This document shows, one piece after another, positions 10,682 to 23,169 of a DNA stretch of 64,000 bases (position 1 is its first letter; each line of letters starts with the position of its first letter). This DNA comes from Okamejei kenojei. Taxonomy: Eukaryota. The stretch covers positions 48,050,001 to 48,114,000 of the forward strand of contig CM069141.1 in the NCBI GenBank assembly GCA_035221665.1, written 5' to 3'. Position numbers and translations under genes: made by a program. The notes below the pieces were generated by a model that was not told where the DNA came from, made no database searches, and saw nothing but the letters and a program-made list of their open reading frames with translations.

Positions 10682-13141
10682 ATGAGATATAAAATACAGT
10701 GGTTGCTAAAATGCCAATTGTTATGCTGGGTGTTCTTTCCGATGGATATTGTGTCGGGTCAGATTCGTTATTCTATACCTGAAGAACTGCAACAGGGAGC
10801 CTTTGTTGGGAAAATCGCAGCCGATTTAGGTTTAGATGTACAGCAGCTGGCGGCTCGCAGTTTGCGGGTAGCGCCCAATCTGAAGAAGTGCTATTTCGAC
10901 GTAAATTTGGAGAATGGTATTTTGTTTGTGAAGGAAATTATCGACAGAGAACTGCTTTGTGGGTCGAACCTCGACTGTCGCTTACCCTTGGACGTTGTGC
11001 TTGAAAATCCCTTGAGTCTGTACCCAGTGGAAGTGGAGATTATCGATGTAAATGACAATGCTCCCGTTTTTCCCCAAAGCAATTTTCAGCTTGAAATTTG
11101 GGAGTCTGCGACACCGGGAATGAGATTTCCTCTTGAATCCGCACAGGACCAAGATATTGGCACTAACTCCTTGCAAAACTACCAGCTACAACAGAATGAA
11201 TATTTTACTCTCTATGAACAAAAGCGCAGTGGGAAGAGAATGCGGCCCGTTTTGTTGCTAGAGAAGTCCTTGGACAGAGAAATTGTGCCAACCCACAATC
11301 TGACGCTAACAGCCAAGGACGGAGGCTTGCCCCCTAGATCGGGTACGGTTCAGATTGTGGTCATAGTAAAGGATACAAACGACAATGCGCCCGTTTTTTC
11401 TCAGCCGGTTTACACAGTCATCCTTTTGGAAAATGCGCCGAAAGGGACCCTGATTATCAAATTAAACGCCACTGACCTGGACGACGGTATCAATGGTGAG
11501 GTGATGTACTCTTTCAATAGCCATATTTCCGCTACAGCCCGTGAACTTTTTGATTTGAACCCCCAAACTGGTGAAATCAGACTGAAGGGAAACTTAGATT
11601 ATGAAGACAGCAGTGCATTTGAGATTAACATACAAGCAATAGACAAGGGTTCTGGCGCAATACCCGAGTACTGCGACGTCGTTCTTGAAATTGTCGATGT
11701 GAATGATAACGCGCCGGAGGTAATATTACGATCGTCTTCAAGTATAATTACAGAGAACTCTCCACTTGGCACTGTTGTAGCACTGTTCAGTGCAGGAGAC
11801 AGAGATTCTGGGCCAAATGGTCAGGTACAGTGTCATATTTCAAATCAGCTGCCCTTTAATTTAGATTCCTCCATAAATAACTATTACAGAATTCTTACAC
11901 AGCGTTTGCTGGATCGAGAAAGTACCCCCAAGTATGATATTACTATAACATGCATGGATGCCGGAAGGCCCGCACTCACTTCCAGGAAAACTATCCGGGT
12001 AGAGGTTACAGATATAAACGACAACGCACCAAGATTTTCTCGACCAGTGTATACAGCAAATGTTCTGGAAAACAATGTTATTGGGGCTTCTATATTTTCC
12101 GTGATGGCCTTTGATTCGGACGTAGGAGAAAACGCACGACTGAATTTTTCTATCCTGGAGTCACATGTTCAGAATTCTTCAATAATGTATTATGTCTCAA
12201 TCAATGCAGCGAATGGCGTCATATACGCTCAGAGATCTTTCGACTTCGAACGACTGAAAAGCTTCCAAATCCAAGTTCAAGTGCAGGATTCTGGTGCGCC
12301 AGCGCTGACGAGTAATGCTTCGGTGAATGTTGTTATCCTTGATCAGAATGACAATGCTCCAGTGATTATACATCCTTTACCAGAATATGGTTCAACAGCG
12401 ATGGAAACAATATCGAGGTTTGCAGAACCAGGATACTTGGTTGTAAAGGTCTCAGCCACTGATGCTGATGCTGGTCAAAATGCTCGTCTCTCTTATCAGA
12501 TTTTTCAGGCCACACATCTTAATATTTTTACAATTTCCGCAGACACTGGAGAAATATGGACAATCCGTCCCATTTTGAGCAAGGATGCATCCAATCAAAG
12601 GCTGGTTGTTGTGGTAAAAGATAATGGAATTCCATCGCTCTCTGCCACCGTGACGATAGTATTATCTGTGGTTGGCACTGATACTGAGACGTTCTCTATT
12701 GTCAGCAGTTCGTCTTCAAATCCCAGATTCACCCCTGAACTGACCTTTTCCTTGGTTGTCGCCTTGGGAATAACATCTGTCATTTTCCTCATCATTTTAG
12801 TCATCCTCGCTCTTATGGTTCACAAAAACAGGGATGGGATGGTATACCAGCACCGTTCCCTGGGTACTTGTTGTTTTTTACAATCACGAAACTCTATGAA
12901 TGGAATTCAGAAGGCCAGCAAAAGTCTTCAGATACCACCAAACTATGTTGAGGTATTTGGGGGCGATCCACTTTCGCAAAGTTTCCGCTACGAGTCATGT
13001 TCGACGTTGCAGTCCACCAAGAGAGATGTCCTCGTCCCCAATAGGTGCAGGATGACTGCTGACATTAATTGCGTGCTGAATGAGTCTGTTGGGAAAGGAT
13101 ATGCTGAGATGGCGAATTCTGAAAAATACAGCGTTCCTGAG
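10682..13141 (+). CDS. Clustered protocadherin variable exon V2 (subtype A), intact
   Basis: 822-aa ORF: signal peptide, GQIRYSIPEE start of EC1, six cadherin repeats (DRE, DxNDNAP, AxDxG motifs), TM, cytoplasmic motif. Donor GAG|GTGAGG at 13141/13142; read-through stop at 13150. Confidence 0.96.
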
Positions 13142-14341
13142 GTGAGGTGATTTTAAATTGAAACGAAAATCCTCATATGTTTTATTTGGAATGGTTCAAT
13201 ATTTCATTGATGCTACAGGCACAATGAAATTCATTTTTATACAGTCCAGTACATGTATAACTATACATGAGCACTTAGATGCATGCTAGACCAGCAGCTC
13301 AGATGCAGTACAAGTGTATAGTAGTAGTACACTGAGAAAGTATGCAGAGTCGTCAGTTTTTGGCAAAAAGTTCAAGTCCCTCTTGTTGTAAGTGTCATGG
13401 TTCCTGGCCTGACCACAAAGCCGGGTCGTCCTGGCGGCGTTCCAGGGTCGGCCTGGTCAAGCACAGCCATGCTGTCCGTGAACAACGAATATATCAAGGC
13501 ACACGTAAATGTTGTTTTGCTGAGTTAAATTCTAGACAATATTTTGGATGTGCGGTGAAGTATATTCTGGCGTAAAAACGCTTTCAGCAGTGTTTTCGAA
13601 ATGCTCAAGATTCTGGGTGGCATTTTCATCCTGCTTACCAACATTCGTAGCTGTGATCAGGTGACATCACGAACGTCTTCTAGACTGAAGCAGTCCTCTC
13701 GGGTGACACACCAACTCAACTGTTCTACTTCCAAACTTGCACATTGCGCGAGGTACGCAGGATCTAAAATGTTAAGTATAAATATAGATTCGGTGACCAC
13801 TTTGTTGAATGGCCCGGCTTAGCTCATCATTGCCATCTCGCACGCTGTCCTCTTCACTTAATTTATCGACTCCCACTCTTTCTTCCAAAAAAAGTCATCT
13901 CAGGAAGCACCATCTCATCGTTTGTATCAGCAAACATCAGCCTTCGTACATGAGATTAACTATGTCAGATGACTACCATTGCCTTTTCATATTTGAGCTG
14001 GCTAATCGAGACACAATAGTTCGCTTTTTTCACAATCGATGCACAATAATTCGCATTTTTCTATTCACCAATTGAAACTGCGTGACCTGAGTATGCCAAG
14101 CAACCTCCTTTGTTTGAGATATTCGGCATATTATGAGTCCTGTACCTAACTATCCAATTTTTTCACTTACTAACTAGCAACTTTTTCCATTTATACTCTT
14201 CCAATTCTCCCATAGGCGGCACTCTACAACCTATCACAAAAATGCCCTTCAGTCTCACATCCTCAAAGCCGCTCCCCACCACAGCTTTCTACAGCATAAA
14301 ATACGCATGTCCTCAGGAAAATTAGCAAGAACAGGCAATTG

Positions 14342-15340
14342 NNNNNNNNNNNNNNNNNNNNNNNNNNNNNNNNNNNNNNNNNNNNNNNNNNNNNNNNNNN
14401 NNNNNNNNNNNNNNNNNNNNNNNNNNNNNNNNNNNNNNNNNNNNNNNNNNNNNNNNNNNNNNNNNNNNNNNNNNNNNNNNNNNNNNNNNNNNNNNNNNNN
14501 NNNNNNNNNNNNNNNNNNNNNNNNNNNNNNNNNCCCTCTATCTCTNNNNNNNNNNNNNNNNNNNNNNNNNNNNNNNNNNNNNNNNNNNNNNNNNNNNNNN
14601 NNNNNNNNNNNNNNNNNNNNNNNNNNNNNNNNNNNNNNNNNNNNNNNNNNNNNNNNNNNNNNNNNNNNNNNNNNNNNNNNNNNNNNNNNNNNNNNNNNNN
14701 NNNNNNNNNNNNNNNNNNNNNNNNNNNNNNNNNNNNNNNNNNNNNNNNNNNNNNNNNNNNTCTATATCTATCTCTCTCNNNNNNNNNNNNNNNNNNNNNN
14801 NNNNNNNNNNNNNNNNNNNNNNNNNNNNNNNNNNNNNNNNNNNNNNNNNNNNNNNNNNNNNNNNNNNNNNNNNNNNNNNNNNNNNNNNNNNNNNNNNNNN
14901 NNNNNNNNNNNNNNNNNNNNNNNNNNNNNNNNNNNNNNNNNNNNNNNNNNNNNNNNNNNNNNNNNNNNNNNNNNNNNNNNNNNNNNNNNNNNNNNNNNNN
15001 NNNNNNNNNNNNNNNNNNNNNNNNNNNNNNNNNNNNNNNNNNNNNNNNNNNNNNNNNNNNNNNNNNNNNNNNNNNNNNNNNNNNNNNNNNNNNNNNNNNN
15101 NNNNNNNNNNNNTCTCTATATCTATCTCTCTCTNNNNNNNNNNNNNNNNNNNNNNNNNNNNNNNNNNNNNNNNNNNNNNNNNNNNNNNNNNNNNNNNNNN
15201 NNNNNNNNNNNNNNNNNNNNNNNNNNNNNNNNNNNNNNNNNNNNNNNNNNNNNNNNNNNNNNNNNNNNNNNNNNNNNNNNNNNNNNNNNNNNNNNNNNNN
15301 NNNNNNNNNNNNNNNNNNNNNNNNNNNNNNNNATATATAT
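14342..15340. repeat. N-masked or gapped low-complexity region, probably a (TC)/(TA) microsatellite
   Basis: Unmasked islands read ccctctatctct and tctatatctatctctctc. Confidence 0.7.
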
Positions 15341-18018
15341 CAGGTCAATTCGTTTCCTGCAATACCCCCCACCCCCTACCGAGGAGGGGTTGTATCTCAC
15401 TAACTAAAGACCGATTTTAGAGGCAAGAGTACAAAAATCGCATGGCTAGAGAGACTGCTAAACATTCGTGGCATACGAATTTTACATGAGCCTATTATCG
15501 TAAAAACAATATGTATTTCTGGCGAGCGCAACAGAACACTTGCAAACACTGTCGGGAAAGGTATTCCTCGAATAACTAGTTCTTAATCGGAACGTTTAAT
15601 ATAGATTACTTCTTCCCTCTCACACTGATTTGGACGGATGGCTGTGCAAAACCTGGCTGCTATATCACCTGAACTAGAACTGTGATCAATACACATACGT
15701 GTTTCGTTGCTTTCATAATGCATCGTCCTATACTGAGATGAACGTCAAAACGTAGATATGGTTAATCAGGACTTTGTTCAAATGCGTAAAACTTCAGCTG
15801 GGATGCAACGCAAACGTTTACATGAACATACGAGAAATTTTACGCATAATGTTAGCCACGCAAGTACTGTACACTTGCCCGCAGCATCATTCCATTCCAC
15901 TATCGTTGATGTCACGAGTTTGAATTCCGCAATAACACTTAAATATGCGGTAGTTTGTTGGACTAAATTGCCTGGTTAATCCTTGTATGAAAATGGGTAC
16001 CAGTAAACGTAGTTTTTTCAATTGTCCATAAAAAATTGTCCTTGAGTAGATGATAACGAGCGCCATTATTGACTTGGAGAAGTTCCAGAATTTTGACTGC
16101 GACTTTGAAGAGACAATGGTATTTTTCAAGGCATGGATTTTATGATACCTGCCCTTAAAACATGGAGAGCTTGCAGGCGAAATGCTGATTTCTTCTTCAC
16201 AGTAGCAAGAGGCCACCATAGAATCCCCGATAACCGGTCGAAACACAGCTTCTAATTTTGGGTCATAGTCATAGGGTCATAGCGTCATATAGCCATATAG
16301 TGTGGAAAGAGGCTATTCGGCCCAACTTTCCCACAACGTCCAACATCTATACTAGTCTCACCTGCCCGCATTCTGAATGTACAAACGCAGGCAAAATGCG
16401 AATATTCTGAATAATACTGATTTATTACATACCATCCGCATAAACCCTGCAAGAAATGTTAAAGGCAAGTGTTTCTTTCATGTTATAATCATAGTTTTTA
16501 TGAACTTGTTCACATATCTGACAAATGCTGAAATCCATGTAATAAAACGTGTACCTGATGACGGCAGCATAATATATATTGAGGATAATTGGTTCTTCTT
16601 GTTGCTGGAGATGTCCAATGTCCAACATCTGTGTCATTTCATCTATTATTCAATTTCGTCCAAGACTGCAAACTTCTTCAGCCGTAATAGCGTACTGGTC
16701 GTTCGTGAATTCACTTTGATGTAAGGGCCTAGGCAATTTTCAGAAATTACTTCAGTGATGCCTCTGTTTGGGAATTGCTGTTCTTCAACCATCAATATTC
16801 CCTTTATTTGTATTAATTTTTCTGTGCTAAGCCACAGGAAAGCCAAACAATTTATTCATCTTCGTGTGCCCTTGAGCAAATGCTGATGATACAGCTTTTG
16901 AACCATCGCTGCTAGTGATGATTCTTCTGAAATGATGTTGCCAGGTCTTTCCATTACTTAGATTCAGTAGCAGTGTGGAATGGTGATAAATTAATGTCAG
17001 ACTGTTAGGCGACATGGAGGGAAGCCAGTCCTGCAGTGTGTATCCCAAAGATCAAATCCTTTTAAATTAAACGTTCTTGCGAGTTGCGTCTCCTGCTAGT
17101 GAAGCTTTCCACTGTGACATTTGATGCCGCGCAATATAAAACAGTGATACGGTATTATTTTTGGATAAGCACTTTTTCCAGGTTTGGAAACAAATCGCTG
17201 CAGTTTCATGTTGTCATGTAATCCAATTGGATGCACGCGAGCAAATATGTGTGTCGCTTGATAGCATTGCTTACAATAGCTCCCATCGCTTTCTGAATGA
17301 TTAAGGGAAGACTGAATTGATAGTAGATGGCTCGTTCCGAATTATTCGATTTTTATTGACGTTATATATTGGTCAGTGTTGCATAATGTCAGATACAACC
17401 CAGAGCTTCATCTCGATTAGCGCCTCTTGCATAAAAACGTCTAATCATGTATCAACCAAAGACTCTATGGCCCATCGTCATCCTTAATCTAGAGTGTGAT
17501 GGGACACAATGTGTTTGGCATACAAATGATGTCGTTAGTGACAGCAGAAGGTACAAAATCCCCCCAGGAAAGATTTACAATTGATGGGAAGTGAGTACAA
17601 TAGCCTGGATCATGCCAATAAAGGCTAAAAGATCAGAACAGGGTAGTGGGTCTAAAATGGAAGACAGTGCTGGATCGCTTTGCGCATGATCTTCACACAG
17701 GAAAGTTGAAATTCACTGACCTAGTCAGAACATTGTTGATTCCCTAGCCATTGGACTTGTGGAGGCCAGCACCTCCATCGAGTGGATCTTGCTGAATTGA
17801 TCTCGAATTGATCGTCAGTAGTATATTGCCTTTTGCGAAATCTGGCACGACATCTGAGTGACCATTATATTTTCGTGTAATGGTGAGCCTGCTGATAAAG
17901 AGCAAGGGAAATGTTAAGGGTTGTCTTCTTTAAATATTTTTCATTGTGGTCTTATTATTTCAGTGTTTGTGCATGTTTCCTTACCCTACATTTAAAAAAA
18001 AAGACAACTATAAATATT

Positions 18019-18310
18019 AGGGGCGCCTCGGTGGCGCAGCGGTAGAGTGGCTGCCTTACAGCGCCAGAGACCCGGGTTCCACCGTGGCTACGGGTGCTGT
18101 CTGTATGGCGTTTGTGGCCGCGTGGGTGTTCTGCGGGTGCTCCGGTTTACTCCAACACTACACAGACGTACAGGTTTGCTGGTTAATTGGCTTTTATAAA
18201 TTGTCCCTAGTGTGTAGGATAGAACTAGCGTACGGGGAGATTCCTGACTCGGTGGTCCAAAGGGCCTGGTTCCGCGCTGCATCTCTAAACTAAACGAAAC
18301 TAAACTAAAC
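18019..18310 (+). mobile_element. tRNA-derived V-SINE (HE1-like), near full length
   Basis: A box GGTGGCGCAGCGGTAG, B-box-like GGGTTCCACC, core gggtgctccggtttactccaacac...gacgtacaggt...ggttaattggc, (CTAAA)n tail. Confidence 0.88.
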
Positions 18311-19818
18311 AGGATAAACACGATATACGTTTAAATGTTTAATTTTGTATTAATGTTTTGTATATTTTTGACTGGTGGGTATTTAAAAGTTATAGCGTGA
18401 CTCCGTCAACTTAGATATCTGTACTGTTGGAGAGCCGCCCTCACTAAAAAGAATTCAAGTGGAATCTATATTCTACATTCCAAATTTCAAAATTGTTTCA
18501 CTGACTTGGGATATGCATACCGAAAACAAAAATCTTTCTTCAAATTCTTTATTTCCCATATCTCTCGTGTCTTTAGGAAAACGAGAACGTTTCACTGGCT
18601 CCATAGAATTTCATGTCCACTGAAGAGAAACAGCGCTTAGTGATTCTAGTGGGACGAGCTAATACGAGTAAGCCAAACGAGGCAACAGAAGTAAAAACTA
18701 GAGGACAAATAAAAAAGTATTAAAGTACGCAGAATTGCAAACAAAACACGAGTACTAGTTTTATTTTTTCAGTTTAGATGAGTCCGTTCCAAAATTGGAG
18801 GAATGATTCATGTCAGACTATTCTTGCTTCATCTATTGTCAGATCCTCGATATTATATTCTAAGGATACATTGTAACGTTTTCGGTTTCCTACAGACACT
18901 CGGCATATGAGGCAGTAAAGGTTTTGAAGAAAGATCCCAAGTCAGTATAACAATCTTGAAATCTGAAATGTATGTTTTAGTTTTAGAATTTTTGAAAAAA
19001 GAAAAGAAAAAACTATGGCATATACTGAAAAGGAAATTGCAAATCAACAAATCCGGAGGGGCAATGGAATTATATCCTTCAATTTATATGGTCAAAGAAA
19101 ACATATGGCAATAACGAAAACAAAACATGCCACAGACAGTCATACGAAAACAGCGACATTCGATTGAGTATACAAGCATTGCACAAATTAATTATATATT
19201 CAACTCTAGCATCGTACGTACCATGTTGTTGTAATATTAAAGATATAACGATATGTACTGGTGAGCATAATTACTTTTATACAGGCAACTACATTAATTC
19301 CCACAGCAACGTCGGTGGAAAGAATTTGCAAACATGCCCTTAACAAATTGAAATCTAGTTGTGGCTAAATGTGTTAATGCACTACCTATTCCTTATGCTA
19401 GGTATACATATAAATATGACAGTTATCATCAATCAAATTTTAGCATTGAGAAGAAATTATCTAGACATGCATTTCAAAAAGACAGCTTCTTTGTTTTGGT
19501 GAAGCAACTGATTATCTTATTTTTTTCCAAGCGGCAACGGACCAATATTGTAATTAAAAGTCGTAGTTTATAAGGAATAATCATACATGGTTGATACGTA
19601 ATTGGATTGTTAGCATGATGAATTCCGAATTTCCTATTGATGCTAATATTGTCGAAGAGTTTCCTCATATTTAATCTTTTATATAATATGCAGTGTTCTT
19701 CTTGAACATTAGGATTTAAAGTTAACATTTTGCAAAAAATCAGATGCATCCAAATGCTGGAAGACATTTGAATTGTGCAACAAGTAATATGACATCCCTG
19801 CAGCAAAATATGTCCTTT

Positions 19819-20151
19819 GCTTTAAGAAGCGAGCTGCACTCCAACTGATCAGATATGATTGTTACTGGCCACCATTCAGAACATGAGATGGGACTGGATC
19901 TGCACAGCCCCCTACAATACTCAGCCGCCATCGCACAAAATCAGACGCCGTGAACCCTGGATAGCTCGCAGCTCGGATGATTTCCGTATAATTAATTTCG
20001 AATCGAAGGTCAACGTGATACCATTTAAATGAAAACATTCCAACATCTGGTACGAAGGTACAGATTGTATACGTTGCATTTGTAATAATTCAAGCTACCC
20101 GTTTAAAAATATTGTCTCGGATTCATACCGTTCGAATGAATTCTCCTGGAA
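19819..20151 (+). promoter_or_regulatory. Conserved promoter cassette for V3 (both CCAAT boxes mutated)
   Basis: GCTTTAAGAA 19819, GATCTGCACAGCCCCC ~19897, GCCGCCATC 19924. ATTGG and CCAAT positions read ACTGA and CCATT. Confidence 0.7.
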
Positions 20152-22143
20152 ATGAGATTTCACATATATTGGCTGCAGAAATGCCAATTGCTTTTGCTGT
20201 TTGTTCTCCCACTGGAATCTTGTTTCTGGGCAGATTCGTTATTCTGTTCCCGAGGAATTGCAGCTGGGTGCCTTTGTCGGGAATATCTCAATTGATTTGG
20301 GGTTAGATTTAAAGCAGCTCTCGACTCGCAGAACACGGGTGGCGCCCAGCCCGAGGAAGCAGTATGTTGACGTAAATTTGCAGAATGGGATTTTATTTGT
20401 GAATGAAAGAATCGACAGGGAGCAACTTTGCGGGCCGAGCACCGACTGCATTTTACCCTTGAACGTCGTGCTTGAAAATCCCATCAGTCTTCACCAGATG
20501 GAAGTGGAGATACTCGATGTAAATGACAACGCTCCCAGTTTCTCCAAAAACCAGATCCGCCTTGAAATCTCGGAGAAAATGGCACCGGGAACGCGATTCC
20601 CCCTCGATTCCGCATACGATCCGGACATGGGACAAATTCCTTGCAGGCATACCAGTTCATTCCCAGTGAATATTTCATTCTTGATATACAGACACGCAGT
20701 AGAAAGGGAAAAATACCAGTGTTAGTGCTGCAGAGGGCCTTGGATAGAGAAACAATACCGGCCCACGAGTTAATGCTCTTTGCAGAAGATGGCGGAGTCC
20801 CGGTGAGATCCGGGCACGGTTCAAGTAACAATCACGGTGCAAGATATGAACGACAACCATCCTGTTTTCTCACAGTCGGTTTATAGCGTCATAATGTTGG
20901 AAAAAGCTGCCGTGGGGACTTTGATTATTAGATTAAACGCCACTGATTTGGACGAGGGTTCTAATGGTGAGATTACATATTCACTCAGTGGCCAAAATTC
21001 AGCAAGATTTCATGAACTATTTGGCGTGGATTCGAAAACTGGTGACATAAGACTGAAAAGTCGTTTGGACTACGAAGAAAACATGTTTTTTGAGATTAAT
21101 GTTCAGGTAGTCGACAATGGTCATTACGCAATGCCTCAGCATTGTGATGTATTGGTGGATGTTATCGATGTGAATGACAATGCTTCCTGATATAACGATA
21201 ACATCTGTCTCCAGTACGGTACCAGAAGACACGTCAATCGGAACAGTTGTGGCACTGCTCAACGTAGAAGACAAAGACTCGGGTCGAAATGGGCAAGTGC
21301 ATTGCCAAATTGCAAGTAAACTGCCATTTAAGCTGGACACAAGTATGAAAAGTTTTTGCAGACTGCTAATACAGGATACACTGGATCGGGAAACTATCTC
21401 CAGGAATGACATTAATGTGACTTGCACGGATGCAGGAACCCTCCCCTCGTATCCAAGAAAACGATTCATGTAGATGTTTCAGATGTAAATGATAACGCAC
21501 CGAGGTTTACGCAGCCTGTATACACGGCGAATGTCAATGAGAACAACTATATTGGAAGGTCTATATTCTCCCTTACAGCCTATGATCCAGACGAGGGACA
21601 AAATGCTCGACTGAAGTTTTCTATCCTGAATTCATCCATGGCCTCATATGTCTCCATTAACTCTCAAAATGGCGTCATATTTGCTCAGAGATTGTTTTAC
21701 AGTTTGTCCACAGATCCAAAGTTCACCCCTGATCTGGACCATTTCTTGGTCATAGCCTTGGGGACAACAACGATAATTTTCCTCGTGATTTTAATTATAC
21801 TTGCTGTTAAGATTCATAAACGCAGAAATGGATGGGACTCCAGGATAGTTCACACACGGTCTGTTGTTGCTTCAAAACGAGAACTTCACTGAATGGAATT
21901 CAAAAGGCCAGCAGAAGCCTTCAGATACCACCGAACTATGTCGAGGTATTCGGAGGTTATCCGCTTTCTCAGAGCTTCCGTTACGAGTCGTGTTCTACAC
22001 TGCAGTCCACGAAGAGAGACGACACAACACTTCAAACATGTGGGTTTCCGTCTGCAATGCAGTGTACCCGGAAGAACCCTATTGGCAAGGAGATTCCAGG
22101 AATGTTAAAGTCTCAAGCCTCCAACTTCTATACAAGTAATGAG
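20152..22143 (+). pseudogene. Clustered protocadherin variable exon V3 (subtype B), disrupted by six 1-bp indels and an in-frame deletion of distal EC5 and all of EC6
   Basis: ATG at 20152 (MRFHIYWLQKCQL). Indels versus paralogs at ~20193, 20628, 20810, 21184, 21438 and 21831. Junction IFAQR-LFY-SLSTDPKFTPDL at 21691-21700. Donor GAG|GTGAGT at 22143/22144 is intact. Confidence 0.88.
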
Positions 22144-23169
22144 GTGAGTTGCTTCGAAAAGTAGGTCAGATCGTCACACAATTAATTATGATACATATAA
22201 ATATTCGTGATACTTGGGCCATTGTAATTACTGGGAAGTAAATTAATAACTCGGGGAAAATATGTCGGACATACTGCTTCAAATTAACGTGGACATTCAT
22301 TTTACTTGTTTATGTCACCGAGTGGTTCTGTTCTTTTCAATTATATATCATTCCAATGGATTATTATACCAGGTATACCAATTTGCTTTGAACCCTATAT
22401 ATCTGGTTTGACGAGTTTTAAGCCAACTAAAACATATCAAAATACGCAGCAATTGCTAAAACTAGCTCCCATTCCTTTGAATATATGACAAATATACTGC
22501 TAAACATACATGCTATGAGCTCTTCCTTTGACAGCAGCGCAGGAATTCTAGCCATGTCGTTAAAATACGATGAATACTTCCTGGTTACCATGACCTCAGC
22601 CCATCCCGGATTGATTAAATCACCTGGTCCAAAAGCAAAGACTAAATGCCTTCCAAGCTACAATTATAGATTAACTAAAATAGAGACTACTAGAACAAGT
22701 TCAGCACGACAAGCAATTTCCATTGAGGGAGAGACAAGATTTAGCGTTTTGGATTTAGAATTTACTTTGGAGAAAAATGAAAGGCTATCAATCTGAACGT
22801 TATCAGCATTTCCCCATCTCTATCGGTGCGTAAGAGCTAAGGTGCAGGAAGGAACTGCAGATGCTGTCAACGTAAGAACAAATGACTGACTACCAGGTAT
22901 AATGCGCTGCACTTTGCAGATCATTTAGGTATGATTTGTACAAGCTCTTAACATTAGAAACACAGAATAATTGCGATCACCAAAATGTCATCACATTCTA
23001 GATACCGTCATTTGATTGGCTATTTTCAAGACCTTCCTTGTCCCTTGGATGTAATGATTGGTTATAAGAATGCGTCATAGTTTCAGTGCATCTCATATTC
23101 ATTTAATCGGCTTTTAAAATATTTGTCAGTCTAGCAATGTGTCGTTGAATAATAGTATTTACTCTTTAC

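Noticed and set aside
14307-15407. Long 354-366 aa ORFs
   Set aside because: Artefacts of N-runs.
16650-17900. Possible ancient LINE fragments
   Set aside because: Too degraded to classify or delimit by eye.
18019-18090. tRNA-like sequence (also at 8521, 7450-7527 and 5566)
   Set aside because: SINE heads (followed by SINE bodies except the head-only copy at 5566); not tRNA genes.
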